Part shown: in pieces, positions 60,701 through 64,000 of the stretch
How the letters are laid out: every line of letters begins with the position of its first letter
Numbering within the stretch: position 1 is the first letter of the stretch
Source: Reclinomonas americana ATCC 50394
Taxonomy: Eukaryota
NCBI GenBank assembly: GCA_048213135.1
Contig: PS015009.1
Coordinates: 744,001-808,000, forward strand
Reading direction: 5' to 3'
DNA: 64,000 bases
Made by a program: the position numbers and the translations under genes
The notes under the pieces: model-generated
The model's input: the letters and a program-made list of their open reading frames with translations, nothing else
Databases searched by the model: none
What the model was told of the DNA's origin: nothing

Positions 60701-61121
60701 CGTCGCATTGTTTGATCACATCCTCGATCATGCCTTCAAGGCCCATATGGCGGCCATCATCGGGACTGTATATTTTAGTAACACCATATTGGTGCAGTTC
60801 TTCAATTTCTGTTGGCAGGATGGTGCCCCCGCCGCCGCCGAATATTTTGATATGCCCGCAACCATTCTCCTCCAGCAGGTCTTTCATATATTTAAAGAAC
60901 TCCACGTGCCCGCCCTGGTAGCTGGTGATGGCAATACCCTGCGCATCTTCCTCTATGGCCGCTTCCACAATTTCTTTCACGCTGCGGTTATGTCCCAGGT
61001 GAATGATTTCGGCGCCTTTGCTCTGCATAATGCGGCGCATGATATTGATAGCCGCGTCATGCCCGTCGAACAGGCTGGCAGCAGTAACGATCCTTACTTT
61101 GTTCTGAAGTGAAAAACTCAT
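57735..61121 (-). CDS. icmF: Fused B12-dependent acyl-CoA mutase/MeaB-type GTPase (IcmF-like)
   Basis: B12 motif [21 protein letters not shown], mutase RMFAG (Phe), [16 protein letters not shown]; start set at MSFSLQ. Confidence 0.9.
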   Translation of the reverse strand: MSFSLQNKVRIVTAASLFDGHDAAINIMRRIMQSKGAEIIHLGHNRSVKEIVEAAIEEDAQGIAITSYQGGHVEFFKYMKDLLEENGCGHIKIFGGGGGTILPTEIEELHQYGVTKIYSPDDGRHMGLEGMIEDVIKQCDVTLNGTGDYQSAMTMDEVKDVRSIARKITNAENGIATDHTTAATKIPVLGITGTGGAGKSSVTDEIVRRFLNNFTNKTIAVISVDPSKKKTGGALLGDRIRMNSISHPRAYMRSLATREDNTALSVHVQEAIDICREAGFDLIILESAGVGQSDASILDYCDVSMYVMTPEYGAASQLEKINMLDYADVICINKFDKAGALDAYNDVCKQYKRNHQLFSAKNEDLPVVGSMASKFNDEGVNHLFEKLLQAVEKKTGTTFGEFHFGATAKVSSAIIPSSRVRYLSEINTAIREYDQLVKDQSAIASKLYQLHGVLATLAEAKEKPGDELVAVLQKQIDWYTEQLTPVAKKLVTNWPQKLEEYNKDFYEYKVRDKVIRQEMTTTSLSGTRIPKVILPKYKDWGDLLTWQAQENAPGHFPYTAGVFPLKREGEDPTRMFAGEGGPERTNRRFHYVSQGQPAKRLSTAFDSVTLYGEDPAHRPDIYGKVGNSGVSIATVDDAKKLYSGFDLCDPKTSVSMTINGPAPILLAFFLNAAIDQQCEKYIIEQGLRDAVNKKIEELYAIDSLPKYIGVDGQPVSPYKGGLEGALPGGNDGLGLRLLGLSGADVLPAEVYEQIRAAALQSVRGTVQADILKEDQAQNTCIFSTEFALKLMGDVQEYFIDKKIRNFYSVSISGYHIAEAGANPITQLAFTLSNGFTYVEYYLSRGMNIDDFAPNLSFFFSNGMDPEYSVIGRVARRIWAKAMKYKYKANKRSQMLKYHIQTSGRSLHAQEIDFNDIRTTLQALYAIYDNCNSLHTNAYDEAITTPTEESVRRAMAIQLIINRELGTAKNENPNQGSFLIEELTHLVEEAVMAEFDRITDRGGVLGAMERMYQRNKIQEESLHYETLKHTGEYPIVGVNTFLNKKGSPTIIPSEVIRSTTEEKEFQIKTLQAFHERHENKTAAMLKKLQQAAINNENLFAELMETVKYCSLGQITNALYSVGGQYRRNM

Positions 61122-61290
61122 ACTGAATCTGGAATTTGTATTTCGTCGCGGGCAATACTCCCGTAACGGCATTACCGGGTGACCGGCATTTGCCAAAATA
61201 TAAACAGGCCGGCAATCGCGGTACAAAATTACAAATTAAGGGCGGGAAAAAACCAGTCTTTTTGGAGCCATAAAGCCCCGGTGCGCACCA

Positions 61291-62109
61291 TTACTTTTTG
61301 GACGATCTTATCAAAGAACCGAAGTCAAGATAGGTGCCGATGGAAAAATTGGCCACGCGGAAATCCAGGTCACGTTTGGCGAGTAATGCCGACAAGCCTC
61401 CCTGGAATTCGATACGCAGCCCGGGAACATTTTTAAACCCGAAACTGCTCACAAAACCCGGTTCCATGAAGAACAGGGCTTTACTACCCAGGCTGTCGAG
61501 ATTATAATCCTCCAGCTGGCCGTGGCTGTAGTTCGTTTTCACAGCGTTGAAGTCGATAACACTCCCGCGGATAGCGATAGAGGTACTAAAGCTGCCTTTA
61601 CTGCGGAACAGCATGGCGGGTTGCAGGTATATTTTGAGCACATTCGCATTGTGGTAGTAATTACCATAGATGGAGGCATCTGTAAAATTAAATTTACCCC
61701 AACCCACACCGCCAAACAGTTGAAAGAAAGCGGTTTTCCTGGACGTAAGCGGGAAGTAGTACCCCACACCCAGTTCGGTGAGGTTGCGTTCATATTTTAC
61801 TGTTGCTGAATCGGAACCGCCTTTTGTTCTTTCCCAGCGGCGGGCATGCGATGCCTGTATAGCCCAGTTATCAGAAATAGCGTAAGCACCCTGTATATCG
61901 AAACCCCTGCTGCGGTCTTGGCGGTCTTCATCACCTTCCGCCTCCCGGCCGGAGGGATTCGTGGAATAACTCATGCCCACTTTACCGTCTCCTTTTTGTG
62001 TGAGCACGGGAACGTTGTGTGCATCCGGACTGTAAGCGTAACGGGGCGTACTGCATGAGGCGAGAAAGGCAACTGCGAACAACGCCAGTACATAAGCGTA
62101 AGTTTTCAT
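61291..62109 (-). CDS. Hypothetical lipoprotein/outer-membrane protein
   Basis: Lipobox LASC, beta-strand-like alternation. Confidence 0.75.
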   Translation of the reverse strand: MKTYAYVLALFAVAFLASCSTPRYAYSPDAHNVPVLTQKGDGKVGMSYSTNPSGREAEGDEDRQDRSRGFDIQGAYAISDNWAIQASHARRWERTKGGSDSATVKYERNLTELGVGYYFPLTSRKTAFFQLFGGVGWGKFNFTDASIYGNYYHNANVLKIYLQPAMLFRSKGSFSTSIAIRGSVIDFNAVKTNYSHGQLEDYNLDSLGSKALFFMEPGFVSSFGFKNVPGLRIEFQGGLSALLAKRDLDFRVANFSIGTYLDFGSLIRSSKK

Positions 62110-62127
62110 ACTATTTGATTTTGATGG

Positions 62128-62880
62128 CTATCTCATTCTAAAACTGAGCCGGGCGAAATCTTCCACAGATAAGGCTTCTGCTCTTTTATTAAAAATATCA
62201 TCGGCAAGGGTCTCGGGGTCGAAAAGGGATTTTACCGCGTTACGCAAGGTTTTGCGGCGCTGGTTGAATGCTGTTTTAACCAGGTTACGAAAAGCCCTGT
62301 CACTTTTCACTTCAAGGGCAGTTGTTTTCCTGGTTAGCTTTATGACCCCGCTGATCACTTTTGGCGGCGGGTTGAATGCCTCACGCGGCACATCGAATAA
62401 GTATTCTACATCGTACCATGCCTGCACCAGCACACTGATCACTCCATATACTTTACTTCCTTCTTTCGATGCCACCCTTTCCGCTACCTCTTTCTGGAAC
62501 ATACCAATTACAACAGGCACCTGGTCTTTCCAGTCGAGTACTTTGAATAATATCTGTGTAGATATATTGTAAGGAAAGTTCCCGATCACGGTAAAGCTTC
62601 CTTCAAACGGCGGGTTAATGTCGAGAAAACTTTCATGAATGATCTTCCCTTCCATACCCTGCACATGGCCCTGCAAATATTGTACCTTTTCTTCGTCAAG
62701 TTCCACCGCTTTGAATTGCACACCGGGCAGTTGCACCAGGTGACGCGTAAGTGCGCCACCTCCAGGGCCTACTTCCAGCAACTGGTTGGGGACCGGGTCG
62801 GTAACGGTGTCAACAATTCTTTGAATGATGGAATCATCTTTCAGGAAATGCTGACCGAGTGATTTTTTAAGCGTGTACAT
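62128..62880 (-). CDS. rsmA: 16S rRNA m6,2A dimethyltransferase
   Basis: KKSLGQHFL, EVGPGGGALT, GNFPYNIS, FQKEVAER, FNQRRKTLRN. Confidence 0.96.
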   Translation of the reverse strand: MYTLKKSLGQHFLKDDSIIQRIVDTVTDPVPNQLLEVGPGGGALTRHLVQLPGVQFKAVELDEEKVQYLQGHVQGMEGKIIHESFLDINPPFEGSFTVIGNFPYNISTQILFKVLDWKDQVPVVIGMFQKEVAERVASKEGSKVYGVISVLVQAWYDVEYLFDVPREAFNPPPKVISGVIKLTRKTTALEVKSDRAFRNLVKTAFNQRRKTLRNAVKSLFDPETLADDIFNKRAEALSVEDFARLSFRMR

Positions 62881-62933
62881 CAGCGCAAAGATAAGAATAG
62901 CCCTGCCACAAATGCCCAAACTCCTTATCTTTA

Positions 62934-63506
62934 ATGAGAATGGAAAATACACACAGCATGGAAAGTATGCCTGCACCTAAACAGCGACCACCTTATCTCC
63001 TGGGCCTGCTTGGCCTGATCCCTCTTGTGGGCGCTTTTGCAGGTTTTGCATTGTTGCTCATGGCCATATTCAAATACAAGGATAAATGGCTGGCGATAAT
63101 CGGCATAGCCGGCATTTTAATCACAGTGGGGCTTTACTCATTCCTGTTTTATTACATGAAGCATGGAAAATCTTCGCAGGAGGCATTTGCCAGGATCTCT
63201 CAAATGCAACTGAATTCCTTAATGAAGAACGTGGAGTTTTATAAGCTGGAAACAGGTAAATATCCCGACAGCCTGCAACAACTGAGCAGGCGGGATGAGT
63301 TTGTTCCGGTATACGACCCAATACAGGCCGTACAGGACAGGAATAATAAATTGTACAACTACGAGAACCTGGGTGATAAGTACCTTCTTTTTTCCTCCGG
63401 GCAGGATGGCATACCCAATACGGATGATGATCTCTATCCTGAGATCAAAGTGATGGACAGGAGTAAAATCGGGTGGGTGCGCTCCAGGATGGGATTACCA
63501 CAATAG
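62934..63506 (+). CDS. Membrane protein with GspG-like C-terminal domain (start uncertain)
   Basis: Two TM segments, YKLETGKYPDSL, DP, LFSSGQDGIPNTDDD. Confidence 0.7.
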   Translation: MRMENTHSMESMPAPKQRPPYLLGLLGLIPLVGAFAGFALLLMAIFKYKDKWLAIIGIAGILITVGLYSFLFYYMKHGKSSQEAFARISQMQLNSLMKNVEFYKLETGKYPDSLQQLSRRDEFVPVYDPIQAVQDRNNKLYNYENLGDKYLLFSSGQDGIPNTDDDLYPEIKVMDRSKIGWVRSRMGLPQ

Positions 63507-63531
63507 AAGATGTAACCAATTTATATACATC

Positions 63532-63806
63532 ATGATAAAACGCGTCGCCGCTATTATTTCAGGCATTCTTATTATGATCTCTCTTTTCGCCAGTTACAGT
63601 GATGAACAACATCAACGGGCCAATTGCTCATCTGGTATATTTTCACCCCAAAGATGCTGAAGATCGTTGTATGGATTATCTTTTTCTTCTTGGCAGCCCG
63701 TCTTATCTGGGGTAAACCAAAAGATTACTCCAAATATTTCTACGCCCTTTTTGTAAAATGGTGGAGCAATCCAAAAAAGAATGCAAAGGCTATAAACCAG
63801 GATTAA
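63532..63806 (+). pseudogene. Small membrane protein gene apparently split by a 1-nt frameshift
   Basis: Frame A MIKRVAAIISGILIMISLFASYSDE.. stops at 63660; hydrophobic frame B TTSTGQLLIWYIF..NQD is open from 63606. Confidence 0.45.
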
Positions 63807-63835
63807 AAAAGAAAGCCCTTCTGACGAGAAGGGCT
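63805..63835 (-). terminator. Intrinsic terminator
   Basis: AGCCCTTCT..AGAAGGGCT with A-tract on + strand (U-tract on minus). Confidence 0.75.
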
Positions 63836-63856
63836 GATAAAAACAGGCATATCCAT

Positions 63857-64000
63857 TTACGGCCTGATAAAGAACCGCTCTGCCAGTAGCGCTTCATTCA
63901 TCATCACCTGTAATGAATAAACACCGCTTCTATATTTATTGATACTGTTCCAGGTAATGATATTGTTACCCGGTCTTATGATACGCTGTTCCTGCAATAC
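63857..64000 (-). CDS. 3' end of a T9SS type A CTD protein (5' part outside window)
   Basis: ..VLQEQRIIRPGNNIITWNSINKYRSGVYSLQVMMNEALLAERFFIRP*. Confidence 0.75.
   Translation of the reverse strand, partial: VLQEQRIIRPGNNIITWNSINKYRSGVYSLQVMMNEALLAERFFIRP

Noticed and set aside
61122..61230. Cobalamin riboswitch in the icmF leader
   Set aside because: Leader is about 100 nt with small hairpins but no recognisable B12-box motifs.
1..64000. tRNA/rRNA, transposase, integrase, prophage, reverse transcriptase or defence genes
   Set aside because: No diagnostic motifs seen; PglZ-like motifs belong to PorX rather than BREX, and the HerA-like ATPase is the DUF853 type with no nuclease partner.

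Overview
Ordinary chromosomal DNA from a Bacteroidota genome, most likely Chitinophagaceae. This is inferred from TAnnTTTG-type promoters, porX, T9SS C-terminal domains and the fused lpxC-fabZ. It holds about 50 mostly housekeeping or envelope genes: acyl-CoA dehydrogenase, a ComEA-like protein, porX, an HD-lpxD-(DUF5686 barrel)-lpxC/fabZ-lpxA-ABC cluster, tsaE/ald, a P1B ATPase, recQ, an M16 pair, two di-heme peroxidase-family genes (one paired with MbnP), ruvB, two LytS/LytTR pairs, GGGP synthase, arfB, T9SS cargo, a histone H1-like protein, an ECF operon, icmF and rsmA. I found no CRISPR array, tRNA, rRNA, transposase, integrase or phage gene, and cannot support a large undescribed multi-gene system. 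The best leads are non-coding or small: (1) a candidate ~65-nt sRNA with its own promoter and terminator, complementary to AUG-AAA-AA start regions; (2) a dispersed ~153-bp repeat with a REP-like hairpin, four cores in the window; (3) several intergenic inverted arrays of 7-8-nt repeats; (4) an uncharacterised single-CxxCH lipoprotein sharing an upstream motif with a neighbouring T9SS protein; (5) a frameshifted small membrane gene. All family assignments come from motif recognition by eye, not database searches.
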